Assembly: GCF_033153115.1 (NCBI RefSeq)
Contig: NW_026889803.1
Coordinates: 27,404,001 to 27,468,000 of the forward strand
DNA from: Saccostrea echinata
Taxonomy: Eukaryota
Direction of reading: 5' to 3'
Length of the DNA stretch: 64,000 bases
Shown here: one piece after another, positions 39,825 to 53,181 of the stretch
How positions within the stretch are numbered: position 1 is the first letter of the stretch
Layout of the letters: every line of letters begins with the position of its first letter
Position numbers and translations under genes: made by a program
The notes under the pieces: generated by a model
Told to the model about the DNA's origin: nothing
Databases searched by the model: none
Seen by the model: the letters and a program-made list of their open reading frames with translations, nothing else

Positions 39825-40107
39825 GAAGTATCTGTTATCAGTTACTTTCCATCAGAAAACCTATGAAAAAAAAAAAGAAATTAACAAAGATGTCAATCTG
39901 ATGAATGAGAAACCAGTCATCATGTGGCAACTTCCACTCCTCGTAACATTGAATCCTGAGTCTTCTATTCATATGTACACATCTGAAGTCTTATATGCCC
40001 AAAACTGAAGGATTCTCATAATTGAACGATTTTAATGCACAGACCAGTTAAGGTAATAAATTGTTAATCATCAATAATTTTGATGATGAAACTATTCATT
40101 GACAAGC

Positions 40108-40949
40108 GTAACAGGAAAGGAGAAAATGTATGGCTGGATAGGGAACCGAACACAGGACCCCTGCATCACTAGTCAGGTGCTCTACCGACTGAGTTACCCA
40201 GGTCGATATCCACAGCCGAAACCATTACATTCCTCCCTCCTTAAATTGTTTTCGAAGACACAACCCAAGTTCTTATTTGCCCCTGGCAGGACTTTCACCT
40301 GCAATTCCAGTGGTGGTCACAGGCACCAAATCAGTAACAGGAAAGGAGAAAATGTGTGGCTGGACCTCAAATCAAACCTGGGACCCCTGCATCACTACTC
40401 AGGTGCTATACAAGCTGAGCTACCCAGGCTGATATCCATGGCTCAAACCATTACACAAGTGTAAAAGAAGATAATTAAGGTATCAATTTGGATAAAACAG
40501 AATTATTGTTGGTGTAATGGTCTGGACTGTGGATATCAGTCTTTGTTGCTCTGTTGGTACAGCACCTGACTAGTGATGCAGGAGTCACAGGATTAATTCC
40601 TGGTCCCAGCCTTACATTTTCTCCTTTCCTGTTACAACCATTTGGTGCCATTGACCACCCTAGGACTTTCAGGTGAAAGTCTGCCAGGGGCAATTAAGAA
40701 TATGGGTGGTGTCTTCGATGGCAAAGACAATTTAAGGAGGGATCGAGGAATGTAATGGTTTGGGGCATGGAGATCAGAAGCATATAATATATTTTATAGG
40801 CTTCAGATGTGTACAAGACAATTTAAGGAGGGATCGAGGAATGTAATGGTTTGGGGCATGGAGATCAGTCGGTAAAACACCTGACAAATGATGCAGGTGC
40901 CCTGGGTTTGATTATTGGTCCAGCCATAAATTTTCTCCTTTCCTGTTAC
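40108..40949. repeat. Foldback of tRNA-derived (SINE-like) ~226-bp units: two on the minus strand, two inverted on the plus strand
   Basis: GTAACAGGAAAGGAGAAAATGT at 40108 and 40334; reverse-complement copies end at ~40635 and ~40949. Each unit has a tRNA-like core (TCAGTCGGTAGAGCACCTGACTAGTGATGCAGGGGTCC...GTTCG). Confidence 0.8.
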
Positions 40950-43739
40950 ATATTGGTGAAGAGCAACATAATACAGACGGTCCCAGGTTCGACCCCCAAG
41001 ATGGGTAACTGCCTATAAAATTTAAATAAGAATATTACGTTTACAATTGTATTACAATGTCCATTTTATAGGTCTAATTACAACATCACTTACATGTTTA
41101 TAATGCTAATGCTTCACATCCACCATGTAGTCGTACAGTCAGTTTAATGTTAAATTCTTACTGAATGACCATGTCTGTCTGACCTTTCCTTTATCTATTC
41201 ATGGTCATCACACAGGGTTACCGAGTTCTTGGTCTACACCAGCATCACGTTAGTCTATCCCCCCCCCCCTTTCCAATAACCGGTCTTTTCAATAATCGTC
41301 AGATCTAACATTTTGATCAATTAATCCACTATATTGTCCATCACTGAGACATCGTACATAATGTACTGATGTCATTATTTAAGGCCTACCTGTAAATTTC
41401 TGTCAAACGAGTGCACCGGTTGATTTGTTGATACTGTAAACCGACAAGGCCTTGGAAAAAACACGGTAGTTTTCCAACATCGTGTGCTTTTCACGCTTCA
41501 TTGATAAGATTCTAAATACTAAGTAAAGGCGGGCCAATCAGAGCTCATTTTACATTACAAATCATGAATAAACATATCGGAAATGAGAAAATACACGCGT
41601 GTTGAAAACATGCGGTTCTTTTAAGGTTTTTTTTTAAAGGGGGGTCTTCATTATGATATTTAAGTTAATCATTACAGTTCTTGGGGAAAAATCAAATTAA
41701 ATTCGTTTAAGGACAGATGATAGAATAGAATAGAATATTTATTCAACCAATTTGGGCCCACAGTGGAGCATAAAGATGAACAATTAATGTCCGAAATCAT
41801 ATAAGTCATAAATAACAATAAACAGAACAAAACAAACAATTGTATATTGAACAGAGAGTTAGTCGTCAACTTTAAGGATGCATAAAATGTATACAAATAG
41901 TATATTCAATTTCAATTCGTTTATTGACCAATTAAGGGCACTCACAGGGCAAAAAGAAAGTACATTGTTAAAATGTATATAATGATTATGATCGTACACA
42001 CGAAATACAATATACATATACATAAGAGGGAAAGAATTGCTTGATTGATAGAAAAGACATACAAGTAGGGGAATACCCAAAATATTTTATATGAACATAA
42101 GACTTGTTTTATAGGTATATACATATGGAGATACAGTACATCATATATATATATGCATACATTAATAAACCATATACTTGAAAGTATCATACTTTTACAT
42201 AATTAATAATAATAATAAAAAAAAGTTACATTCCTTATGATAATGTTTTTTGGAAAAATCTTCCAAGAGAGTTTAGTATATTTAGTTCTTCGCAATTTAG
42301 AATCCAGAATAATTTTTGTTTATCAGGCAATTCTGTAAAATGTTTTACTTTGGATGAGATAAAGTTAAATAGGTCTTGTCTTTCCTTTGTAAATTTGCTA
42401 CAGTGAATAAGGAAATGTTCTTCATCTTCAATTTGATTAAGCGTACAATTTTTACATATTCTTTCTGATCTGGGTGTGTTATTATATCTGCCTAATTCTA
42501 TGAAAAGTCTGTGCGCTGATACACGTAATCTACATATTGGTTTTCTGTATTCAGGTTTTAATAAAATTAGATATTTTTCCAATCTAAAATTGTTCTTCAG
42601 AAATAAATAAGTGACAAGTTTGCCCTCTTTTAGTGTTTCATTTGAGTGTTGCCAATCAAGTGAGTATTTTTTATTCATGGATTGTTTTAATGAATTCATA
42701 AAATTACTCTTAGTATAGGACATTATGTTTGGGATATCAAGAATTTTTAGTAATTTTTCTATTGAGGAGTACCAAGTTGTTTTTTGGGCGAAATGAAGTT
42801 CCTTACTACATATAAATGCATCTTTTAGTAAAGGGAAATCTGAATTTAAATTTTCTAATCTGTAGCAATATTTAAGTAACATGTTGATAATATCATAATG
42901 TAAAGGATATCTACCTAATTCTGAAAGAGAGGCATGGTTCGTACTTTTCCTTTTCAAACCTAGTATAGTTTTACAGAACTTGATGTGTAAATTTTCTCCT
43001 GTAAAGTTTTTATAGCATAGTTGCATCAATATTTGATTAGATTGCTTTATTTTTGAATTATTAACATTAAATATTCCCCATATTTCTGAGCCGTAAAGTA
43101 ATATAGGCTTAATTGTGTGATCAAAGACATTGAGGCTAGTGGATATCCCATTATATGTATAATGACTGTAATATGCCTATATTGTACTATGTTGTTTTCT
43201 CATTTAAATGTTGGCATAATATAAAACAACAAAGTTAACTCAGAATCTTCATTTGACATTATCCATGTAAATAGGTCCACATTATTAAGCAGTATTAAAT
43301 TTGGAAAAGTTTTAAAGATTTTGTTTAAAAACTCTCCTCTAGAATCATTATACAATGGACATATTCTAGCAAAAAATGTATTTCATCCTCAGTTGGACTT
43401 GAAGTACAGTAACGACAGACTCTTTCACTCCTAGGAAGAATTTCATTTTAACCACATTTATTAAATATCCTTTCATATCTACCCGTCTCTACCCTTAAGC
43501 AATGATTACTAATTCTGAATTTTGTGAGAATTACCCCGATTGTCCCGGTTTTTCATATTAGTATTTTTCAAAATTGAATGACCTTTTATACTTAATCATG
43601 GAGGAGATTGTGTAAACACATCAAATAGTTTCAACAAGCAAGGATTGATAAAGTGTTGTGATGCTTTAAGCATTTCATTTGAAATATTGTCTAATCAAGG
43701 TGTTTTTTTTTTCAACTTAAGTTTAGAAAATGCTTCTTG

Positions 43740-44573
43740 TAAGACTGCGAAACATTAACTGGCAAAATTGGAAATATGCAGCTTACGTCATTTCCATCTG
43801 TTACACTCAAAATATTTAATGATAGACAATGAAATGGGCGATTACAATTCGACACGGACGTCCGAGAAAACATTGGATTGAAATTCTAGTTTGAAATTTA
43901 TTTTCAGTCCACCTCAGCTACAGTAGAACGCACGGTGTTACTGATTGACCTAGAAGACAAATAATTTCAATTTCTGAATAGTTTGAAATTTATATTAATC
44001 AGAATTTTCTGTCCAGTGTTTTTAAATAAATATAAAGGGACAAATATTTGATTTCTGAGAAGGTTTGGTATGTGTGTGTTGGAGGGGGGGGGGGGCTAAA
44101 CGATCTTGGAAATAAATAAGAATTGAACAACCCCTCCCTGTTTTTGTTTGTCAAACATTTTTCAGTGAAGAAGAAACAAAAAAAGCTCCTGTCATCCTAG
44201 AAATAAATATATTCTGTCACGTGAAGACATGATGTGACTTCACGATTTTTGACAATCCCTCTAGAATCAAATGGCTGTCACCTGAAAAAATAATGTCTGC
44301 ATTCTAATACTTTTACGTGTCCTAAAAATTATAGGCTAAAAACCTCAAAAATATAAATTTCATTTCAATGTATTTGGGAATTGAAATTAATTGTCTTTTG
44401 GATCACACTTTAGGTTTGAAAATAGCTGAGGTGGATTGAAAATGAATTTCAAACTAGAATTTCAATTCAGTGTTTTCTAGGACGTCCGTGTCGAATTGTC
44501 TAATCATTTTGACGGTAACAGATGGAAATGACGTAAGCTGCATATTTCCAATTTTGCCAGTTCTGCGGTCTTA
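43740..44573. mobile_element. MITE with ~180-bp terminal inverted repeats, inserted in the LINE
   Basis: AACTGGCAAAATTGGAAATATGCAGCTTACGTCATTTCCATCTGTTAC and TCGACACGGACGTCC...CCACCTCAGCTA are mirrored at 44423-44573. TA at both ends. Confidence 0.85.
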
Positions 44574-45689
44574 ATTCCGTGTTTGTAATTTTTTTTTGTC
44601 TAGCATGGAAAAACTGCAATTATTATGTTCCATTACCTTTAGCTTTTCTCCTAAAGTATCTATAATTTTTTTTGCATATTATCTGAAATAGAAGTAAGAT
44701 CTGAAAAATATTGGAACCAATTATCACCCTCGATGCAGTTTTGATCACCTATTTTTTTCATTCCGAATCTGGTTCATTAGGGACCAGTACTCTTTAGGAT
44801 TATTAGACTCTAATTCATCAAGCTGGTTTAAAATGCTTTGTTTAAATTTTCTTCTCTTTTTTCCCCTTAGTTTTGAATATTGTTTGTTTAATTTGAAAAA
44901 AGGAACCTCGCATGTTCGGATCTTTAGGGAAATGAGACAGAGTTAATGCTTTATTTTGAACCAGTTTTTTTCTTCATTTTTAATAGGTCTTCATCAAACA
45001 TTTCTTGTTTTCCATTTTTAACTTCTTCTTTTTCTTTAGTGAAGCTATACAAACTTTATTATAAATCATATGAACATTGTTAGTGGCATTATTTATTCCA
45101 AAATTAATTGTCTAAAGAGATTTCTTCATCTAAGAACTGTCTCATTTCCTTTTGTATTACAGGGTGTGCAAAAGTCTCTTGAAAATTTAATGCGTTATTT
45201 GCATTCCAAACATATCTCACAGGAAAATCATCTAATCTAGAATCATTATTCATACATTCATTATCAAAAGATGCTAAAATCTTAAAAGAGAGTTTACAGT
45301 GGCAATAAAAAAAATTGCTTTAAAATCTGATACACCCATATAAAGAATATCATGAAATAAAGTTTGTGAGACAAGCACATAATCAACTACACTACATCCA
45401 TAAGACTTTGCCTGAACTATCAACAAAGCACCTTCCATTCACAATACGTATTTGGTTACTTATGCAAAATTCTGATAAATCTTGCCTCTAAGATCAACAA
45501 CATTATCTTGGCTAACTCTCTAGATCTGTTCAATCACAACATCAATATTATAGTTATTATTGTTATATAACTGGAATGTGGAGGATACTGTCTCCTGCTA
45601 TATAGTCTGCATCTGATCCTGTTCTGGAATTAAAATCACCATGAATATCTCCTAAATTCTTATATTTCTCTAAAATGTTATTTTCCAGT

Positions 45690-45982
45690 CAGGCGCGGAT
45701 CCAGGAATTGAAGTTAGAGGGGGCGCCAAACGTAGGTAGGGGGTCTGGGGGCCACCTTGAGGCCCCCAGTGGGTCCAGGGTGAAGCCCTGGTTTGGGCTT
45801 AAGGGGTGAAGCCCCCGAAAGCCCCTGGATTCTAGAGATTTTGTAGGGTAAAAATGAGGTCTACCAAGTAGACATTTTTACATTTTCTCTAAGAAAATAT
45901 GATTTACGCTAACTTTGACAATTTTAGGGGGGGGGGGGGGTCGGGCGCCGGGTGCGCCCCCCCCCCCTTAAATCCGCCACTG
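45690..45982. mobile_element. GC-rich hAT-like MITE with 5-bp TSD
   Basis: CAGGCGCGGATCCAGG ... TTAAATCCGCCACTG, flanked on both sides by CCAGT. Confidence 0.75.
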
Positions 45983-46449
45983 CCAGTAATCCTAATAAGT
46001 CAGTATTACTTTTTGGTGCATAATATACAATGCATAGATATATATCTCTCTTAAAATTAAAGTAATCCCTACACAATTTTATCCACTGGTATTCTGAAGT
46101 GCCAGCATTAAGGATCTTAATTCCCTTTTTAATGCTTTTACGTAAAGAAAGGATGCCTGGATTGGTATATATTATGAGCCTATTTTATTGTAAACCATCA
46201 GTGATGCAAATAATAAATTTCTAAAATATTAAGAAATTTTAAACCTTCTATGCTGTTCAAAATTCTACCTTTCTGCAACCATCCTTATTAATCTTTACAA
46301 ATTTTTGTCACTTCAAATCCCATTATTGTGAAACTTTGAATGAAATACTAAAAACTATGCGGTTAAACTTGTTCATTTTACTTATATACACAGGACTCAA
46401 GTTGTTATTTTCAAATTTTTTGATAAAAGTTTGTTTTTATCACCTGTCC

Positions 46450-46846
46450 TTAAACGAATTCTAAAATTGTTATAACGATTTCAAAATTTGTTAAAACGAA
46501 TTCTTTAATGTAATAGCGAATTAAATTCTTGTAGACGAATTCGAAATTCGTTATTTCGTAAATATTTTCTGACTATAGGCCCTAAATGTCGAATTCTATT
46601 CAACGAATTTAATTCGTTATAAAAAAAAATGAAGAAATTGTTTAAACGAATTTAATCTGTTATATCAATTTAAAAAAAAATCGCTTTCACGAACTCAACA
46701 AATCTTTCATAACAAATCAAGTTTAATTCGTGCTAACGTATTCGAAAAAATGCTATATAGCAAATTAAATTCGTTTTTAAAAATTCGAAAATTCGTTATA
46801 TCGATTTCACAAATATTTTTTGATAGGTCCTAAATGGGCTTCTGTA
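46450..46846. repeat. Degenerate AACGAATT/AATTCGTT motif array, probably the subterminal region of a DNA transposon
   Basis: Many direct and inverted AACGAATT motifs, ending TAGGTCCTAAATGGGCTTCTGTA. Confidence 0.55.
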
Positions 46847-49800
46847 TGCATGAAAAAACAAGTTATTATATTTTAAGACTTCAATAATAAAAAGATTTGT
46901 TTGTCCAAGAAATTTTAAAGAAAAATTTACATTCTGAGATACTGGTTTCAGAAAGGTAAAGGCAGACCTGCATTTGATTTTTTTTCAGGTTATCGAATAT
47001 TTACGTTATTCTAATATATACAAAGTATCTCATACATATTATCAGATGGACTGTTTGTTCCACTTTTTTTCTGTATATGAATTTCTTCAAGAGTTTAACA
47101 TCATGACATCAGATTCTTACAACTGCCTGATCATATGAGGTTTGCCGAATTAATTTTTTTTATGAGGAAGAAGGGGCGTTGGAAAGGGGGAAGGGTTCTT
47201 TTCATGTATACTAAATCTCACAAAATAGAAGACCCAACAAAATCTAGTTGTGAACAAAATAAACGAACAATTATATAAGCAGATACACTGAAGGTTAAAA
47301 ATTAAGGAACGGTAACGTTATGGCTTATTATGTAACTACAAGGCCAAACATTATGAAAACCGGTTAGTGGAGTATCTCTGATGTGTACAAAAACTTGTAC
47401 CCAAAATTACTCAATGAGCAATGTCTAACATCGTGTAAGACCTTGCAAAGAATCATCTTAATATTGTAGATGAACTAGAATTTTGTACACACTTACAATA
47501 ATAATCTTGAAACAGAGTTTCGTGGTGAAAATATGGATCACGTTTAGTGCTGATTTTTCAACAACCGACTGATTTCCGATTTATGGATTTCGACAGAATT
47601 CACTACTGCAAAAGATTTATTCTTTTATCACATTGGTGATAACAAATAAGTTTGTTCACTTTCCATGTTTACTGAGCGAGAAAGGTGGATGGGGGTGTCA
47701 TCTCAATACATATATTGCTTATATTTTTACTGACATGATTAAGAAAATACGAAGAATATAATAGAGAATATCATAGACATATTGTCAGTCTCTTCATCAG
47801 CCCTCTGCCATTAACATTAGTCTGTTGTTTCTCTAGCCAAGCGTTTTTAAAAACAATCTAGAGGACTATTGTAAAGCAGACCCTCAAAAGGAACACAGTA
47901 TAGGTACCTAGATGCATGTATTTTTATTGGTTTTAAGAGCCAATCTGTCTGAAAACTGTGCAAAAACAAAATTTTTGTGTTTTTTTTTTCAATTACATGT
48001 ACATATTAGGTGGTCTTCCTATACACCAAATTTCATCAAGATATGGAAGCCTTCGATTTGGACAGTATTGCATGATGTTATGGCAGACCGGCCCCTAAAC
48101 GAGCTTTAAGTAAGGGTCAAAGAATATTCAGCATCTGAAAAAGAGTGTACACACTACACCATTTACTCCTCAAACAAGTCATTGAAATAAATGATGACAA
48201 ATAATATAAATATTTTATTTATACAATATGATTAATGTTAAAATGGAGTTTAAATGTCTTATTATTAATCATAATTTTACACCAATATTTTTCTTCACCA
48301 AAGGAGAACATTTCTAATTACTTACACATGTAAGTATCTCAAAAACTTAAAGATGAATTGGTGTCATTAAAATGAGTTATACATTTTATAAAATTTACAA
48401 TAAAAAGAAGAGGAAGTTTAAAAGAAAAGAAATTTTAAAAACCCAATGCAATACAACTGAACATAGGAAAACTGATACACATTAAATGTCAACAATGTTA
48501 AATGACTGTACTGCTTTATTTCCAAATTGGAAAAAAAATCTTTAAAATGAGCAGAAATTGTACCAATAAAAGATGACCATCATCTTTGTTTTAAAATAAT
48601 TCCAACATTTTTACTGTTGCTCTTAAATTATAAAAAAAAAATTCTGTGTTCAGTAAATTTCTTTATAAGACAATCTAACATTTTCAAAAATTACATACTG
48701 TAAATGTACATACAGTGTATGTAATTGCAGCATTTTTTAAAGACACTTTATAAAAAAAAATTATATTGTCAGACCATGTAAGATTGATAAATCATAAAAC
48801 TGATTTAGGTAAATAAATAACAATTGCCCAATTGGCCTTAAACATCACTTGAATATCATTTAACAACTTTCATCCTTGTAAATTAAAAAGAAAATTACAA
48901 AAATGACAAAGGATGTAACTTTAATTGATTACTTAATTAATTTGGAAATTTTTAAATAAATACCAGGAAATTGCATTCATTTAAGCAATGACAGAAGATT
49001 AATGCCACAATTTAGATATCACCACATTTCAAGCACATATAGTATTGTTTTTGAAGGGGGGGGGGGGCAGCCAGAAAAAATATTTGACAATGGAGTTCCA
49101 ACTTTTTCCACAAAGGACAAGGTATGGATACAGCTGAATTTGGCCCCCTATTTGACATAAAAATCAAAACACCTTAAAATTGTGATAGTTTGCAGTCAAG
49201 AACTTTAAATGATGCTTGTTTCAAAATCAGCACTAAATTTGATCAAAGCATACAAGGAGGCCACAAGAGGGTGCCAAAGTACAACATTTTACCAAATTTC
49301 TTCACTCCTGGTGGAATTTTGCCAAATTTGAAAATTAATGCTTTTCACTTCGGGAAACATAGAGCAAAAGCTTGCCTATCTGAGATTTTTATAAGATGCA
49401 TGTGATACATGTACTTGTGCATGAAATATTTAACTTTGGTAGATAGGCAAGCTTGTGCTCTGTGTTTTCTGAAGCATAATCTGCTTAAAAATTGATGAAA
49501 ATGTTCTTAAAATGAGACAAATTAAAATCAATATTCACTTTGAATCGGAGATGACCACAAGTTTTTTTATGATGAACTATTGCATTGTCCTTAGAGAAAC
49601 CCCAAGCTAGGGGGCAAAAAAGGGTCTTAGTCTATCCTGTCCTTTATTAATGCATTATCATGGGACAATTTGACTTTACTGCCAAAAAAAGTGTGGGCCA
49701 ACCTCCCTTTCAATGAAAATTGTCAACAGTAAAAGGTTATATTTGGAAAAAAGTCGGGGACAGCCCCCCCCCCCCCCCCCCCCCCCATGTGTCTGAAAAT

Positions 49801-50045
49801 TTAATTTAAGATTTATTGCCAGTCTTGGTTTCATCTCAATTTGAAGTAGACGTGAATAATTAAGTAGGATATTTCAGTTCAAGACTGCAATTTACACTTC
49901 TTTTTTTTTTTTTTTTTTTTTAAGAAAAGGCTAAAGTATGGGAGTGGGGGTGGGGTGGGGTGGGATTACTGTTTAAAGAAAACTGTGTCTTTAATCTTCT
50001 GTATAAAAAGTTATTGCACAAATATAACTTCATATGATAAGCTTG

Positions 50046-53000
50046 TCACACAAGAGTGAAATGTTCAATGGATAATTCTGTCAGATGTCTCAGAATAGAA
50101 ATCACATGCTCTTCTGAATAAATCTGAAAAATAGAAATATGAAAACAATAAACATCAATAGCACTAATGGAGCTTTTCTTAAATTACAATAAAAGCAAGG
50201 AAGTATCCCTATTTCAGCAATTACAAACTGAAGTGATCTGTAGATCACAGACTATTTACTGTAAATCCCTTTTTATTCACAAGAACTTCATTTTCAAGAA
50301 ATTATGTGAGACAGTCTGCTCACCAAAATTATATTCTCACGTATATTTGTATTCTTAAAGATTATTTAGGGCAAAAACAAAAATTTGTGAATTTTTTGTC
50401 TACTTAATAAAGAGTAAATGACTATCTTGCTAAAATAAGGTGTCACAAAAAATTTGTTGATCTACAGTACAGACTTGTCGAAATTTTGAAATCACTGTCA
50501 GACATTTGGTCTGACAAAGTCAAATGTTCTGTCTGACCGGACGAAGTTTTGTCAGACCAGATACTTGTACCTTATTTTGACGCTGAGAAAGGAAAATAAA
50601 TAACAGCACCAAAATGCCCTTTATCATTTTCAACAGCCTTCAATCTCACAAGTTTCTTTTCTTAGGATAGAGAGTCTTTAATAAGAGACATAAATAACAT
50701 ATTTTATGTCTTTGCTGTAACAATTTAAATTGACCATCGTCCCCATGCTGATCACACAGTCATCTTTTCTGTGTTTGTGACCTTCAGTTGCGCATCCCGA
50801 TCTCGACTTTTTTAAAATTTGCATCACGCTCGATTTTTTCAAAGGGTCATTTGGACCGACGTTTTCTTAAAAGTTATCAGTCCAGACAAATTTTTACCAG
50901 CCCTGCCGACAGGACCGACAGATTTCGACAAGTCTGACAGTATTGAATAAAGTGCTGCCTACCACATCTATGTGAAATCATATTTTGGAATAGTGAATAA
51001 GTGCACTAAAGAAAGTTCACTTATATGTTATTGAAAAGTATTTCTTCTGCTTGCCTTTGTACTAAAGCACCTTAGCTCAATAAAAACTAACCTTTCAATT
51101 TACTGGTTTAATAATTACATGCTTAAAAGAAATCAATTTTAATTTTACTCTTTGTTCTTGGCCAGGATGGTAATTAAACATGATCCAAAGAAATACACAG
51201 TGTATATTTATAAACAAAGTTACATACCTTAAGTAAACCCTCTCTACCAATGTAACATAAGGAAGTACCAACACATGACAACTGCATTGCCTACAATGAC
51301 CGATTAATCTATTAACCATAAGCAATATGAACAATTAGTGTTTCTTTTTACAATTAAACTTAAAATACATTATTAAAATTATGTCAAAATCAAGAACTTC
51401 ATATAAAGAAGAGATCAAAATTATCAATTGATTCTCAGCACACACAGAGGTACAGAGGATGAAAACTACAGATAACATATTTTAGTCAAAATGGGATGAT
51501 GACATGAACTGTTAATTTCAAAGGTACACAACTTTGAATAAACTAGGTAAACTTCCCAGTCAAGTCTTTGTTAGTATTTTTTTTATACTTGTACTTTGTA
51601 CCAATATTATTACTTTTGGAAACAAGTATCCTCTCTGTCACATATATGTGTATAAATCAAATTTCTTTCCTATTTGTAGTAGTACATCACTACATGTAGT
51701 AGTAGTACTAATAGTACATGCAAAAACAAATGTACTTTTTTTTCATTTATGAAAAGTTCTTGTCTCTTCTCACAAGGACATCATTTTTTTGAAACACATT
51801 ACAACAAACATATTACATCATAAATGGCTATTAAAATAAGTATTGTTTTAAAAAAGAATATCATTTAAAAACTCACATTTAGCTTTATTCTAAAAAGCGA
51901 ATAAAAATGTTCCTCTAGACACGAAAGGAAAGTTGTCATCTCCTCTTCTGTGAACATATCTGATCTGTGATCATGAATGCTGGAAAATGTTACAAACATC
52001 ATTGATTATTGTACTGGGGTAAAATTATGAACTTAACTAACACTGTAGTTATACTGATATATTTCATAAATAACTAGAAATCTGACCAGTCAGCAAGGGC
52101 CCCGCTGAGGGTTAGAAATATTAGGGTGCAGATTAGGGGATAAGAATTTTACTTGATTCCAAAAAATTTCAAAATATATAAAGAATAAGCAACAGCAACT
52201 GCTAAATATCCAACAATCTGTAAATAGTATCCTTGTATTTACATAAGGCAGTAAAAAACATCATATCTATAATAACTCAATTAAATGTATATTTAAAAAT
52301 GAATGAAGCATGTGTTTTCTAAAATGCCAGCCTTCAGTGAATGCAAATATCACCCAGGCTTGACCTTTACTTCAAAACAAATATCAGTTGCAGACAAAGG
52401 TGTTAATTAATCTTAAAGTGACAGAAAGATAACCCTCTAAAATATTCTGCAAACCAGCAAGATAATCAAACCCACGGGATTAATTATACTGCTCTCTCAA
52501 CCTTTTCTTCTAAGTTTACAATAAGAACTTTTTCAGCAATGATAGAATGAGGTTATTATCTGAATACCTGTCAAAATAAATAGTATTCTTGAATTTACAT
52601 AAGGCAGAAAAAAAGAAAAAAAAGAAAAAGAAAATAATAATAAAAACGATATCTTTATCTATATCTTGTTTTTAGAGTTCAATAAAATCATAACTCATTT
52701 TGTATTTTAACAAAATAAAGTATGAACATTATTTAAATCCACATTTCAGAGAAGGTAAACATCATTCAGAATTGACCTTAACTTCAAAACAAACTTCATT
52801 TGCAGACAGAGGTGTTAATTAATCTCAATGTGGCAGATAAAGATAAATGCTTTGGATTTTCTTCAAGAGGAAAGTTAATTAATCCCAAGAGACTCATTGC
52901 AGCGTTTCATGATTTACAATAGAACATTCTCAGCAGTTATCTCTCTTTGCCCATTCACTCTTATATAAAGTTAAGGAATCTACCCCACCACTCCAGCTCC

Positions 53001-53142
53001 AAACTGGATGACATAGAGAACCAAACTTAGCATCAAAATATGTCTTACTGCCTACTCAACCAACATACCAAATTTGAACTTAATTGGTCAACCCTAAAAA
53101 AAGTTATTAGAAAAAAGCAGAAAATTTGTGGACGGAAGAATG

Positions 53143-53181
<39 letters not shown>

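Larger units (their letters stand above)
41720..46200 (-). mobile_element. Fragmented non-LTR retrotransposon(s) (RTEX/L2-CR1-like); best-preserved ORF 43029-42235
   Basis: The ORF encodes a post-RT region (FCKTILGLKRKSTNHASLSELGRYPL, RLRVSAHRLFIELGRY) and a CCHC knuckle (ERICKNCTLNQIEDEEHFLIHC). A second degenerate C-terminal copy lies at ~43300-43570 and a (TATTC)n tail at ~41720-41743. Upstream parts are decayed and interrupted by MITEs. Confidence 0.8.
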
